A stretch of DNA of 47,111 nucleotides. Source: a virus (Duplodnaviria; Caudoviricetes). This document shows positions 36,301-45,988 of this stretch, one piece after another. Both the position numbers and the translations under genes were made by a program. The notes under the pieces were generated by a model that was given only the letters and a program-made list of their open reading frames with translations, was not told where the DNA came from and made no database searches. Location: positions 1-47,111 of the IMG/VR virus record IMGVR_UViG_3300033148_002673; one strand, 5' to 3'. Position 1 is the stretch's first letter. The number at the start of each line of letters is the position of its first letter.

Positions 36301-39288
36301 GGCTATGCCACGCAACTTGAGAGAGAAGCCGTCGAATACTACGGTGACCTTGATGGTGATGTGGTGCCAGAGGAAAGGGGTATCACCCCCGCTCAAAGAC
36401 TTTTAAAACGGATTACCACTACAGACGGCGTTGATCCGGCTGAATATGCCGAGGCATTTGGATATACCTCTGTCGCTGCGATGTTTGACGATATCGCCAG
36501 CTCAAAACCGATTAAAAGGGCTGCTTATGATGCGGCCGAAGCTCGTATGATTGAAAAGTACGGGGATATGCTGAATGACGGCAGTATCGAGATAGAAGCC
36601 CGTGAATCGGTTCATAATGATGAGCAAGCCAAACTATTGTTGCAGGAGATTAAGGCTCTCAGCGGCAAGAAGCCGCCACCTATCGACCGTGATTATCTGA
36701 AGGCTCAAGCCAAAGCCATGATTGGAGGAATGAATTACAAGGAAATCAAGCCCAGCAAGTTCTATCGAGCAGAGGTTCGTGCAGCTCAAAATGCGGTTAC
36801 GGCTGAGACCGATGCCGGTAAATTAGAGGCGAAGGTTCAGCAATTGGCCAATCACTACATGTACCGCGAGGCCGTGGACGCCAAAGAGGGTATGGATAGG
36901 CAGCGGAAATATGTTCGTCGGGTACAGAAAGCTGAATATAAAGCGAACCAAGTGGCTCCGGACTTCAGCCAGAACATGCGCACTTTGGCCAATCTCTATG
37001 ATTTGAGAAATAAACCAAATCAGGCTCGTGATGTTACCGGGATACTGGAGTGGTACGAAGCCCAGACTGTCGATCCTAACCGGTTTGTTGATATTACTCT
37101 ACTAGATCCGAATTTGATTCTTGCTCTTGAGGCGAAGCATCGTGGTGAAATAGCGAGTCTGCAGCTACCAACATTTGATGATCTGACTGTTGATGATCTG
37201 CGCGGCCTCTACGATATGCTGAGACATATGCGTTATGTCGGCGGCCAATTGTCTGACTCCGTGAAGGCAGAAAGAGCGGCTGATCGTCGGGAGCTGGCGG
37301 AATCTATTCTTGAGCATGGCGGCAAAGATATTGGCGCAACCAAGGGCGTGCCGCGCCGAGGTGAGCGTATACGCCGCCAGATGCAGCATATGATCAACAA
37401 GATCCCTTCTCTGAGGAACCTGATGCGCATGCTGGACGGATTCTCTAAGGATGATGACGGCGCGGCTGCGAGGATGATTTACCGTACTGTTGAGACAGCC
37501 AATAGCAACAAGATCGATATCGCGCGGAAGATTTATGAAAAATTTGAGGACGAAATGGGGGCCATCCATAAAGTCGGTCTCGATCGCAAGATAACAGACT
37601 ACACGCTGGAGAGCGGCGGCATCCTATCGATGCATGCCGAGTCCAGGTACATGATGGCGCTTTACTGGGGAACTGAGTCTAGCCGAGAGTCTATCCGTGA
37701 GGGCTTCCAAGTGACTGATAATGATGTTCGCCGGATCCTGAGTGACATGACCGAAGATCAATTGGACTTGGTGAATGCCACATGGAAAGTGAATGAGTCA
37801 ATGTGGCCAGAACTATCAAAGGCTCACGTTGAGCTGTATGGCGTTGCTCCACCTAAGTTGACGGCTACTCCTTTCGAGGTAGGCGGGGTCAAGCTCACCG
37901 GTGGTCATATGAGGCTATTCTACGACTCAACTGAGCTTGAACTGAAGGGTATCCAAGAAGAATCGCGCGCTATGTCATCAATTATGCCTACCAAGGCGGG
38001 ATCGCTTCATGCACGGGTCGGTTCCGGCGGCCGCCCCCCGTTACTGGATAAGGGTAATATCATCCGCGCGATCGAGGACAATATTCACTATATTGCTTTT
38101 GCGGAACCAAGTAACAAACTTCGGTCGATCATCAACTCCAAAGAGGTTAAAGCCGCGATCGAGATAAAGCATGGCGAGGGATTCTATCGGGCCGTTATCG
38201 AGGGGATCGACGGTGTTACAGGAAACCATGTTTCCCGTGAAACAATTCCATTCATGGCGGCCACCTTCCGCTTGCTACGCCGTGCCGCGACATTTAAGCA
38301 TCTGGCATACAGTCTCAGAAACACTGTGCAGCAGGTATCAGCGATCCCCGTGGCTATGGAAGAGGTTGGCATGCTGGCATGGGCGGAACAGACAATGAGA
38401 TTCGCATCCCCGCAAGGTCATCAGGAATACATCGCATTTATAGATGAGCGCTCTAAATTCATGCGAGATCGCGCATCCCTAGTAAACAGAGAGGCGAGCG
38501 AGTACCTGAGAAAGATTACCGCAGATGGAAAGGCTCATCATATGTGGGGCCAATTTGCACGTTTTGGCTTCACGCCACAGACAATCACTGATTCAATTAT
38601 CGCGTTCCCCACCTGGATGGCGCGCTATGAGCAGGGCATTGAGGCGCATGGCGACGAGGGCCGGGCGATCTCCGATGCCGATACTGCAGTTGCTGAATCG
38701 GTTGGCTCCGGATCCGATCTCCATCTTGGCGGGGTATTTCAGTCAAATAACACTGAATTTGTGAAGATGTTCACCGTATTTGGCACATTGTTCAATGCCT
38801 ATTATCAGCGGATTTATAAATCTACCGAGGGATTGACTGACTTCGCCAGCGCAGATGCGGCGAGAAGCCTGCTGATAACCCCGTTTATCGTGGCCGTCAT
38901 GTCGTCGGCGCTGGTCATGGATCTTCCTGAAGATGAGGATGGATTCTGGGAATGGGCTCTAAAGAGATATGCGGCATTCATGGGCGGGACTATGCCGGTA
39001 GTTCGTGATATTATCGGTGCATTCTCTGGATTCTCACCAAAGACTGTATTCTCTGGAGGAGCGGAGACACCGGCTCGACTCATTAGCGAGTTTGAGTCTC
39101 TGGCGAAAGGCAGGCAGACCGGGTTAAAAGCTGCTTCCGATATAACAAAAATAGTGACTACGGTTGTCCCAGTGCCTGGGGTTGGCAATATGACGAGGTT
39201 GATGGATTACGTCGATTCTCACAATAGGGGGAAAGAAGGTGAATTTAACGCATATCAAGCCGTTGTTAAGGGCCCGACAAGGAGATAA
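33340..39288 (+). CDS. Large polyvalent ejection protein (ART-like + JAB/RadC-like + HExxH metallopeptidase-like + helical C-terminus)
   Basis: FKEWFGDS...VYHGT...FYFT...F.PEQFKS; SHNHPSGDPKLSSAD; SFLHESGH...EKFAETFE.YL. Confidence 0.8.
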   Translation: MSFSDCLAKIPLSEQESRIYSDLVAKKVADGIPEEQAQKEAIESRLGELDADRADVFAKVNEVAAPQRERALYQAELDKAVKTPEFKEWFGDSAIVDKSGDPLRVYHGTGAVVEEDFAFDYSRIGTQGRAEGAGFYFTPNEDIAKGYAEETLIDGYLAIENPVEYDQPSFQGDTLRDIIKRIAEIEAEKEGIEISDGFLSNFGDVNYEGLDSVIESASKLMADDETAIDQLGGIIGAGVEPEVLNKAVYEITGHDGVISEGFSGMGGDPIYVAFFPEQFKSSENIGAFDPADPRILYQAGQKDLFEDTIDEDGKYTKERYVQPPPKIRNQASFVGRETIRKVDVGFEVIDTADKVAYATSALTKAAQEKVWVIVTDKDGKPLEMLNHSMGLRAEAAADHGIVAGWAAGVPAGANVWISHNHPSGDPKLSSADTALSERVRNLLDGSGLSYEGIMAVVPGRFEHELAIEEGVMPEPEISIDIEVVERTLERDPSALSVRVTSPDTAKEIISDMSKGEDGVVLLDNKHSPIGFLPLDMKEAGRLRGGELNQILRALESTNASAAIINTAKSVAEGQDVNDIQNIGNMIEAANIRVLDAFAGDISLAQIGQPITTGAEFRQEAEVPRAAIRFTEEGESIMRLTRASDLSSFLHESGHLFLEMERRFAEKFGATEEQKVLLDWLDVESFDELNQTETVDGKEQYTQKSINLHEKFAETFEVYLREGKAPSLKLREAFAAFARWLSVIYRKLTDPRLIGARLTPEIREYMDRMLATEVEIEQATANPAYDQLFRSQEQAGMTDAEWIAYEAQAAKAKNTATVDLNKKLIDELTRRKTREWKEEREPLIEEETERLSQMPAYEVFNMALKDPMDSAEVMSQLDIKPAMTTAERFAASAEIDLRQDSLLVAAAKRGGLNMAEWAREFVDEAAMKDRAFNNQVFGRPIFRKKEGMNAEDLAEMANELGYAQDISANEVLDLVDREIRGEPVYTPEGYATQLEREAVEYYGDLDGDVVPEERGITPAQRLLKRITTTDGVDPAEYAEAFGYTSVAAMFDDIASSKPIKRAAYDAAEARMIEKYGDMLNDGSIEIEARESVHNDEQAKLLLQEIKALSGKKPPPIDRDYLKAQAKAMIGGMNYKEIKPSKFYRAEVRAAQNAVTAETDAGKLEAKVQQLANHYMYREAVDAKEGMDRQRKYVRRVQKAEYKANQVAPDFSQNMRTLANLYDLRNKPNQARDVTGILEWYEAQTVDPNRFVDITLLDPNLILALEAKHRGEIASLQLPTFDDLTVDDLRGLYDMLRHMRYVGGQLSDSVKAERAADRRELAESILEHGGKDIGATKGVPRRGERIRRQMQHMINKIPSLRNLMRMLDGFSKDDDGAAARMIYRTVETANSNKIDIARKIYEKFEDEMGAIHKVGLDRKITDYTLESGGILSMHAESRYMMALYWGTESSRESIREGFQVTDNDVRRILSDMTEDQLDLVNATWKVNESMWPELSKAHVELYGVAPPKLTATPFEVGGVKLTGGHMRLFYDSTELELKGIQEESRAMSSIMPTKAGSLHARVGSGGRPPLLDKGNIIRAIEDNIHYIAFAEPSNKLRSIINSKEVKAAIEIKHGEGFYRAVIEGIDGVTGNHVSRETIPFMAATFRLLRRAATFKHLAYSLRNTVQQVSAIPVAMEEVGMLAWAEQTMRFASPQGHQEYIAFIDERSKFMRDRASLVNREASEYLRKITADGKAHHMWGQFARFGFTPQTITDSIIAFPTWMARYEQGIEAHGDEGRAISDADTAVAESVGSGSDLHLGGVFQSNNTEFVKMFTVFGTLFNAYYQRIYKSTEGLTDFASADAARSLLITPFIVAVMSSALVMDLPEDEDGFWEWALKRYAAFMGGTMPVVRDIIGAFSGFSPKTVFSGGAETPARLISEFESLAKGRQTGLKAASDITKIVTTVVPVPGVGNMTRLMDYVDSHNRGKEGEFNAYQAVVKGPTRR

Positions 39289-39290
39289 TT

Positions 39291-39620
39291 ATGGAGTCCT
39301 GCAAGATGACACCTAAACCAGAATATCACCAAAGACGCGTTTCGGATGACCCGGAGCATAATAAATCCCTGTCTGAAGAAGAAAGGCTTGAGAATCTTGA
39401 ATTTGACTCGATGGGGCAGTGGATTATTCTTGGAAGGATAGCTGATCAGAACGATAAGTATGCCGATTATCTTGATAAAAAAATAAAAGCCGAAGAAGAG
39501 AATATGAAGTTCTGGAGAGACCAGCGCGGCAAATTGACGACCGCAGGGATAATTGGTTTTGTTGTATCAACTGGCGGCGCATTACTTTACGCATTTACAC
39601 ATTGGGTGAAAACATTATGA
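39291..39620 (+). CDS. Hypothetical membrane protein
   Basis: RRVSD motif, C-terminal TM helix. Confidence 0.65.
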   Translation: MESCKMTPKPEYHQRRVSDDPEHNKSLSEEERLENLEFDSMGQWIILGRIADQNDKYADYLDKKIKAEEENMKFWRDQRGKLTTAGIIGFVVSTGGALLYAFTHWVKTL

Positions 39621-42469
39621 CTTCATCATTTAAGAATCGACTTGGATTCGCACCGGAAGAGGGAATTAAGAGCCCTTGCGTAGTCTCAACGACTGCAGAT
39701 ATTACTCTGTCCGGCGAGCAAACTATCGATGGCGTGGCTGTGGTAGCTGGCGATCGCGTCCTAGTAAGGTCTCAAACAAATACAACCGAGAACGGTATTT
39801 ATGATGCAGATACCGGCGCATGGGCTAGATCAACGGATTGGAATGCTGCTGATGATGTTATTAACGGTATTTTGGTTGGCGATGCAAACAGCTCAATAAT
39901 TTACCAAGCATCATTCTCAGGCTCATACGAGCCAGATATTACAACAGTTTTATTCAATGCGAGCAGCATTAATATCCCGGTTTATTTCGGCATTGCTGCG
40001 GGAACTGTTGATGTTATTACGGTTGCGCTCGATACTACATTGGCTGGGTATTATGATGGATTAGAGATCAATGTTCGGGCAATTGGCTCAAACACGGTGC
40101 CAAATGTAACAATAAGCCCTGATGGCCTTGACGCAAAACCCATAAAGCGCACTGGAAACGAGGCTTTAGTTGAAGGTGATATTCCTGGCGCTGATTATGA
40201 AATGAAATTGCGCTACAACTCAAGTAATGGTGTCTTCGAATTATTGAACCCTCTTGTAGTTGGGAGTCAGCTACAGCAAATTACCACTGTTGAGAAGTTG
40301 GAAACATTATCTTTAACGGCTGGTCGAACCATATACACTCAAGGCTACTATGTGGCTGGTGATCCCGGAGCGGCGACTCGCTTTGTCAAGACTGCCGCCC
40401 AAGCAGCTACCGATGGAGATATAGCGAACGGCGGAAACATACTGCTTGTCAATGGGAATATTGCTGTGTTGCAATATGCTGGCGCACTCAAAGTCGCCCA
40501 GTGTGGCGCTAAAGGTGATGGCGATGGTGTGGGCGGGGGAACGGATGATATCTTGGCGCTAAAAGCTGCGGCAAGTATTTCTAGGAATTTAGAGCTAGAA
40601 GATGGGCTGATTTATAAGATAACAGACAGATTAGATCTTATTGATACTGACTACATTAAACTGAGTTCAAATGGCAGAGCCACTATAGATGCTACTACGG
40701 TCACTGATTGGGCCGCTATATTCATTTGCGGTCAAGATTACCCAGATACAGATTTATCGGAGTTCTACAATCGAGCCATTAGAACCGGAGGGCAGGCATT
40801 AGGATCAGATGCGGGAGCAGGTGGTAATATAATCAGTATTCCGGCAGCTTTAGGACTGGCCAAGGGAGATATCATTCGGGTAAGCTCCTCTGTTCTTTTT
40901 AATCCATCGAGATCTATCTACTGGAAAGGTGAATTGGCCGAGGTGCACTCTGTCTCTGGTGATAACGTAACCCTTACTACAGCAATTGTTGATTCATATA
41001 CTGCTGCGACCACCATTATCTTTAAGCTGGTAGCTCCAAAAGTTGAAGTCTCAAACATAACGCTCCTGCGCGATTCCGATGACACAGGACTGAGCATATG
41101 GGAAACACGAAATACAGTTCTTAATAATGTCCATGTAGAAGGGGCAAGAATAGCTTGCATAGCCATGGCGTATATCTACGGCGGTCAGGTCAACGGATGC
41201 TCAACCACAGATGCGTGGTATAGCGGTACGGGGCAGAGTTATGGGCTGTCTGTTAGCTCCTCACAAGGGCTTGATGTAAGTGGCAACAACTTTAACGGAG
41301 GTCGTCACGCTATAACCCTTGGTGGATATGAGCCCTGCAGATTTAACCACATTCACGATAATGAGATTTCAGTTATTAGGAATCAAGGTTCTGGTGCTTT
41401 TGATTTACATGGAAATTGCCAATACAACACAGTCGTCAATAATTCAATAAATGGTGGAGCAAACTTCTCCGGCTCTGATGTGATATTCAAGAACAACCAC
41501 ATTAAACAGCACGCATCTACAGCCAGCGGCGGCAACAGTGGAATAGTTGCTTATTTTGAAAAGGACTCTAGCTACACTTTAATTGAGGATAATGAAGTTA
41601 TTTCTTATGGGGATGGCTCATCAACTTCGGGTCTTGGCGGGTATGCGTTCATAGGCATTCAATTTGAATACAACAATGTTACGGTAGACCGCATTAAACT
41701 CAAAGGGAATAAATGCAGCGGTCAGATAGGTTTCGCGCATGGAGGTATCTGGGTATATCCGCTTTCTGCTTCTAATACTGGAAACACCATAAAGCGTCTT
41801 GAACTTATTGATAACGATATAGTTGTTGAGTCAGGTTCGGGGGCAGCGTCACACACTATATTCTTCAGTGATAATACTCATGGCGCTTCTAATTTAATAA
41901 CTATTGAAGAGTGCGTAATCCAAGGTGGCAGATATGAGGGTAATGTTGGCCGCATAGTCCAGCTATCCGTGGATGATGCGAGTGGGTTCTTAGATATTGT
42001 CGATGTTGACTTCATAATGAACGGCACAGGGATGTATACACCTAATGGTGAGAATTTCTCAGATATTAGATTCAATCGTAACAGAGTAAAGAAGGATTCT
42101 CCCGGTAGCGGCACTCTTGAGTTTTGGGGGCATGATACCGTAGAAGTTATTGATAATACCTTTGAGAACATGACAGGCACGAATTTCCTAGATGTAAGAA
42201 ATGCCACAAAGCTGACCGAAAGGGGTAGTAGGTTAATAGCCACAACGGGTGGAATTATAGCTGGTGGAACCTATGTTAATGCGTTTGAATCGTTTGGCGG
42301 GGACCCCACTACTGAGGCTAGAACAACAGCCGCGCCTGTGGCTGGTACATGGGCAAAAGGTGATATTGTGTGGAACGAAGCCCCAGTTGCCGGGGGAACT
42401 ATGGGTTGGGTCTGCACTACAGCGGGAACGCCGGGCACCTGGAAAAGTTGGGGTGTTATTACTGCTTAA
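39617..42469 (+). CDS. Tail fibre / tailspike with beta-helix (depolymerase-like)
   Basis: N-terminal LSGEQTIDGV...GDRVLV..Q...ENGIY anchor; GAKGDG..DD..AL; Asn-rich beta-helix repeats; C-terminal GTW.KGDIVWN..P..G..MGWVC...GTPGTW. Confidence 0.85.
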   Translation: MTSSFKNRLGFAPEEGIKSPCVVSTTADITLSGEQTIDGVAVVAGDRVLVRSQTNTTENGIYDADTGAWARSTDWNAADDVINGILVGDANSSIIYQASFSGSYEPDITTVLFNASSINIPVYFGIAAGTVDVITVALDTTLAGYYDGLEINVRAIGSNTVPNVTISPDGLDAKPIKRTGNEALVEGDIPGADYEMKLRYNSSNGVFELLNPLVVGSQLQQITTVEKLETLSLTAGRTIYTQGYYVAGDPGAATRFVKTAAQAATDGDIANGGNILLVNGNIAVLQYAGALKVAQCGAKGDGDGVGGGTDDILALKAAASISRNLELEDGLIYKITDRLDLIDTDYIKLSSNGRATIDATTVTDWAAIFICGQDYPDTDLSEFYNRAIRTGGQALGSDAGAGGNIISIPAALGLAKGDIIRVSSSVLFNPSRSIYWKGELAEVHSVSGDNVTLTTAIVDSYTAATTIIFKLVAPKVEVSNITLLRDSDDTGLSIWETRNTVLNNVHVEGARIACIAMAYIYGGQVNGCSTTDAWYSGTGQSYGLSVSSSQGLDVSGNNFNGGRHAITLGGYEPCRFNHIHDNEISVIRNQGSGAFDLHGNCQYNTVVNNSINGGANFSGSDVIFKNNHIKQHASTASGGNSGIVAYFEKDSSYTLIEDNEVISYGDGSSTSGLGGYAFIGIQFEYNNVTVDRIKLKGNKCSGQIGFAHGGIWVYPLSASNTGNTIKRLELIDNDIVVESGSGAASHTIFFSDNTHGASNLITIEECVIQGGRYEGNVGRIVQLSVDDASGFLDIVDVDFIMNGTGMYTPNGENFSDIRFNRNRVKKDSPGSGTLEFWGHDTVEVIDNTFENMTGTNFLDVRNATKLTERGSRLIATTGGIIAGGTYVNAFESFGGDPTTEARTTAAPVAGTWAKGDIVWNEAPVAGGTMGWVCTTAGTPGTWKSWGVITA

Positions 42470-42482
42470 CTGGCTTAGTGGC

Positions 42483-42845
42483 TCATGATTTGGATAGCGA
42501 TATTCCGCTGATTACATTTTCAGGCGGCTTTATTCCTGTCTCATTGGCATATTGATCCATTTCTTTTGCCCAGAATTTGCTTTGTAGACCGAATCGCTCA
42601 CGGAATGAGCGCCTACTGCCATTAGTGATTACATCGTCGCAGTGGGCGCACAATGGCAGGCAAAACCAATGGCCCAGCAAGACGGTCTCAAACATCACCT
42701 TTAATTTGAATGTTGAGCCCTCACAATGGTGTACCACTACCCCGTAGTTGCCGCACACACAGCACAGTCTTTCCTTTGTCCAGCCCTGATACGCTTTCTC
42801 CTGGGCATTGGGGCCTCTAGTCTTCTTGGTGGGTTTGCGCTGCAT
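42483..42845 (-). CDS. Ref/DUF968-like zinc-binding HNH-type nuclease
   Basis: CCVCG....VHH...LPLCAHC. Confidence 0.6.
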   Translation of the reverse strand: MQRKPTKKTRGPNAQEKAYQGWTKERLCCVCGNYGVVVHHCEGSTFKLKVMFETVLLGHWFCLPLCAHCDDVITNGSRRSFRERFGLQSKFWAKEMDQYANETGIKPPENVISGISLSKS

Positions 42846-43293
42846 CTTGAAATTGTCTCTTTGCATTGCCGAGAATCAAAAACGCCTTATGGTATTTTTC
42901 TATTCTCTTTAAGTCCTTTGTGGTTACGCCTTTCAATCTGGTGATATCAGAATTATGCTCGAGATCTTTGCGCTTTACTCGTATGGCGTCATAGTTTGTG
43001 CAAATACTTTCGACATACACTTCATAGCTAAATGGTTCATCATGCGTAAGTAGCAATAAAGCGCTAATAACTCTTGAGCTAAATCCCGATGCCTTCAAGT
43101 CATGAAGCGTCCAATGGCTATCTTCAACCACATCATGAAGAACAGCTATGGCAGCCAATTGAGTGTCGAACAATAATTGATTCATCAGGTGCAGCGGATG
43201 AAGAATATATGGTTTGCCGCCCTTATCGAATTGTCCTTTATGTGCTTCTGTGGCAATTTCAACTGCCCTTGCAAGCTGCTCTTGTTCATTCAT
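42817..43293 (-). CDS. HD-domain hydrolase, RelA/SpoT-hydrolase (Mesh1/SAH)-like
   Basis: AHKGQFDKGGKPYILHP...AVLHDVVED...VKRKDLEHN. Confidence 0.85.
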   Translation of the reverse strand: MNEQEQLARAVEIATEAHKGQFDKGGKPYILHPLHLMNQLLFDTQLAAIAVLHDVVEDSHWTLHDLKASGFSSRVISALLLLTHDEPFSYEVYVESICTNYDAIRVKRKDLEHNSDITRLKGVTTKDLKRIEKYHKAFLILGNAKRQFQDAAQTHQED

Positions 43294-43297
43294 AATT

Positions 43298-43897
43298 TCA
43301 CCCCATCGATACCAGTTGATTAATAGCATTTTCAGCGTCTTGTTCATTCTCAAATGTGCGAGACAATATGAATTTCCAGACAACAGAGAAAGCGGCCCGG
43401 TAAAATTCCGTGAATTGCTCCTGAGACATAGCATTAAAGTTGATCGATACCGGTTCCTTTCTCACTCCATGAGGAGTTATCTCATAGGTGAAGTACCCCG
43501 CCTCTACCTTCACCCACCGATGAAGCTGCTCTATATCCTTCTCAGGCGCATCTATCTTCTCGGCACGACTACTAGCCAATTCAGCCATGAACGCCTCACA
43601 CGCCCTCTGAATGGAGCCAGAACCACCACTTTTTGAGTCGAGCCACGATGAGAACTTAGAAAGCGTGTGTTTTTCGCTCGCGCTTATCAATCCGCCTTCC
43701 GGCTGCCAGTAATCAAGCGCAAGCCCAAGCAGGCCGCCCCAGTATAATTTATGGTGTTGTAGCGACCTGGCGCTTACCTGTACCGCCTTGAACCGCACCG
43801 GCTGGCCTACCTTCCATTTACCGGCGATCTCTTGATCCATGGTGGAGGCCGGCCGGAATGAACCGTCTTGGGTTTTAACTAAGTGGATCTCTTTCAC
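43298..43897 (-). CDS. DUF1367-family phage protein
   Basis: R....H..Y..LL.LA.DYW.P.GG, WV.VEAGY, P.SI.F.AM.QE.F...Y. Confidence 0.75.
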   Translation of the reverse strand: MKEIHLVKTQDGSFRPASTMDQEIAGKWKVGQPVRFKAVQVSARSLQHHKLYWGGLLGLALDYWQPEGGLISASEKHTLSKFSSWLDSKSGGSGSIQRACEAFMAELASSRAEKIDAPEKDIEQLHRWVKVEAGYFTYEITPHGVRKEPVSINFNAMSQEQFTEFYRAAFSVVWKFILSRTFENEQDAENAINQLVSMG

Positions 43898-43973
43898 TTT
43901 CTAATCCTCTTATGCAGCCACATTGAATTGATAGCTTGGCCTCTTTGGTTTTTAGTATCCATTTACGCATTTT

Positions 43974-44201
43974 CTACACCTCAAGCGTGCCAAGCACCTG
44001 CTCAGCGGCTTTGTGCGCATCATCATCTAAAGCCTGTTGTTCTTCGTAGTTAACCCTGCCAAGCTGCCTGCGTATATTTAACATCCCATCAAGCGCCTGC
44101 GATAACGCAGCTTTTTCGATTCTAAGCGTTTCATTCTCGCCATGAAGTTTATCGTAGGCATCATCAATATCAATGATTGCGATCATCTGTGATGGTTTCA
44201 T
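43974..44201 (-). CDS. Hypothetical protein
   Basis: AGGAG RBS before ATG at 44201. Confidence 0.65.
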   Translation of the reverse strand: MKPSQMIAIIDIDDAYDKLHGENETLRIEKAALSQALDGMLNIRRQLGRVNYEEQQALDDDAHKAAEQVLGTLEV

Positions 44202-44345
44202 TTCTATCTCCTGTGATCGCAAATAATTATTTAGTGTGGCTGGGCAGGAACTTAATCTTGCTACATGCCTAAGCATCTCCACCACAACTGAACTATACGC
44301 GGCAATTTTGATTGTTTATATATCCCATTGTGAGTGGTTTTGTGA

Positions 44346-44912
44346 TTAATTTGTGTTGCCACTATCGTCAAGCTCATTGCCCCAAGCATCCCAGTTTTCC
44401 ACACGCTCACGGCTGAATAGCTCGATTCTCGGCAGATCCCCGCACAGCTCAACAATATCGTCACGGAACTCACATGGCTTCTCAGAGTGTTTTCCTGCTA
44501 TAGCCTGCCTAACAGAGCGCACACTACGAGATATCGGCTTAGGCTTGCCCTTGGTAGCGATTAACGCCAGCTCTGAGCCTGCGCGCGTCCAAAATCCCAT
44601 GCCGAAAAAGAATTTCCATAGTTTCGTCATCTTGATCCAATTGAATCCGCTCATGGTTTTCAGCTCAAAACCCCATGCTTTCATTAAATCAAGCGCCTCT
44701 TGGGGCTGACTGCCTACCCACCACATCACCAAAACGCAATCATCAGCCGCAATATCTTGAATCGGCAGGTTTTTCATATCCTCAAGCGTCATCACATCAT
44801 ATTGATTCGCCGCGCCGGACTTCATTGAGCCGCCTGTTTTCTTGTTGTTAAATGACCATGCTGGGTCTGCGTAGATGATGTTGTATTTTTTGCTCGGTAG
44901 GTTCAATTCCAT
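44346..44912 (-). CDS. MT-A70-family adenine methyltransferase
   Basis: KYNIIYADPAW, Y.VM, WGF, W.K, GMGFWTR..SE, HSEKP, RIELFSR, WGNE. Confidence 0.9.
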   Translation of the reverse strand: MELNLPSKKYNIIYADPAWSFNNKKTGGSMKSGAANQYDVMTLEDMKNLPIQDIAADDCVLVMWWVGSQPQEALDLMKAWGFELKTMSGFNWIKMTKLWKFFFGMGFWTRAGSELALIATKGKPKPISRSVRSVRQAIAGKHSEKPCEFRDDIVELCGDLPRIELFSRERVENWDAWGNELDDSGNTN

Positions 44913-45103
44913 TCTCCGTATATTGGCTTTTGTTGCGCCATTGCTAGGCCGCTCTCTTTATCAAATACCATGCCATGATGATATCGCCCTTTGTACGGCT
45001 TCGGATTTGCCAGCCATAATAGCCTTCTAATTATTGCGGACATCCATGTTGACAGCACAAAGGCTGTAAATATCAGCAATACTCCAATTATAAATTCAAT
45101 CAT
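44903..45103 (-). CDS. Small membrane protein
   Basis: N-terminal hydrophobic helix; coupled overlaps. Confidence 0.6.
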   Translation of the reverse strand: MIEFIIGVLLIFTAFVLSTWMSAIIRRLLWLANPKPYKGRYHHGMVFDKESGLAMAQQKPIYGEWN

Positions 45104-45321
45104 TACCCTCTCCTTCCGTTTCCCAAGTTAAATAAATACTCACATCTCTCACGGACATATTGCCGTATTTCCTCTGGGGCTTGCTTTAATCGTTCTTTGT
45201 GTTTGCCAATCAATCCGCCTTCAAAGACAAATGAAGTCCACTCATGTCGCCGAGCTATTTGTGCCGGCTCATTAAGCATTTTCAATACGCTGTTTAGCGA
45301 TATTAAAATAGCTTTCATCAA
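45103..45321 (-). CDS. Hypothetical protein
   Basis: 72-aa ORF in operon; start uncertain. Confidence 0.5.
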   Translation of the reverse strand: MMKAILISLNSVLKMLNEPAQIARRHEWTSFVFEGGLIGKHKERLKQAPEEIRQYVRERCEYLFNLGNGRRG

Positions 45322-45988
45322 GCTCTATTCCAATAAATGACCTGTTTAGATTTATAGCCGCCACCCCTGTAGTGCCGCTACCCATAGTGAAGTCGAGCAC
45401 CGTTTCACCTTCATTGGTGTAGGTCTTGATTAAGTATTCCATTAGGGCTACTGGTTTTTGGGTTGGATGCAGTCTCAGCTTCTGTTTGTCGGTAGAGAAA
45501 ATAAGCACGCTTCGCGGATATCTCTCCGTGCTGTCGTAGAATGGTTTTGCGGATTCATCACCATAGCAATCGCTGCTATAAGTTTTCCCTGTTTTTGATG
45601 TCTTTCTCTCATGCCCTGTTGTCTTTATTGGGTTGTATGTAGGTGGCTTGCTATAAAAAACCAGCACATTCTCATGCGCTTTCATGGGCATCTTTTTTGC
45701 ATTGAGATGACCTGTTGCGGAAGTTTTCTCCCATATCCATTCGTATTTCAGCATTGATAAATTAGACATGCCGAGAACCTTGTCAAACGGGGTTTGCGCC
45801 ATCATCACTATTGCGCCGCTAGGCTTAATTATGCGTCCCAATTGTTCCCACATCGGCCCTAACTGGATGATTGAATCCCATTTGCAAGCAGTAGTCCCAT
45901 AAGGCGGATCAGCTAAAACCATATCTACTGAGCCATCGGGGATCTCTCCCATCCTCTCGATACAGTCGCCTTGCATTAATTTAATCAT
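45272..45988 (-). CDS. N4/N6 DNA methyltransferase (beta class)
   Basis: DPPY motif IV before HPTQKP and VLDFTMGSGTT motif I. Confidence 0.92.
   Translation of the reverse strand: MIKLMQGDCIERMGEIPDGSVDMVLADPPYGTTACKWDSIIQLGPMWEQLGRIIKPSGAIVMMAQTPFDKVLGMSNLSMLKYEWIWEKTSATGHLNAKKMPMKAHENVLVFYSKPPTYNPIKTTGHERKTSKTGKTYSSDCYGDESAKPFYDSTERYPRSVLIFSTDKQKLRLHPTQKPVALMEYLIKTYTNEGETVLDFTMGSGTTGVAAINLNRSFIGIELDESYFNIAKQRIENA

Noticed and set aside
39617-42469. Diversity-generating retroelement, suggested by BPP-1-like morphogenesis genes
   Set aside because: No reverse transcriptase ORF and no template/variable repeat pair seen.
44346-45988. Two methyltransferases as a restriction-modification system
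   Set aside because: No cognate endonuclease adjacent; orphan methylases are common in phages.
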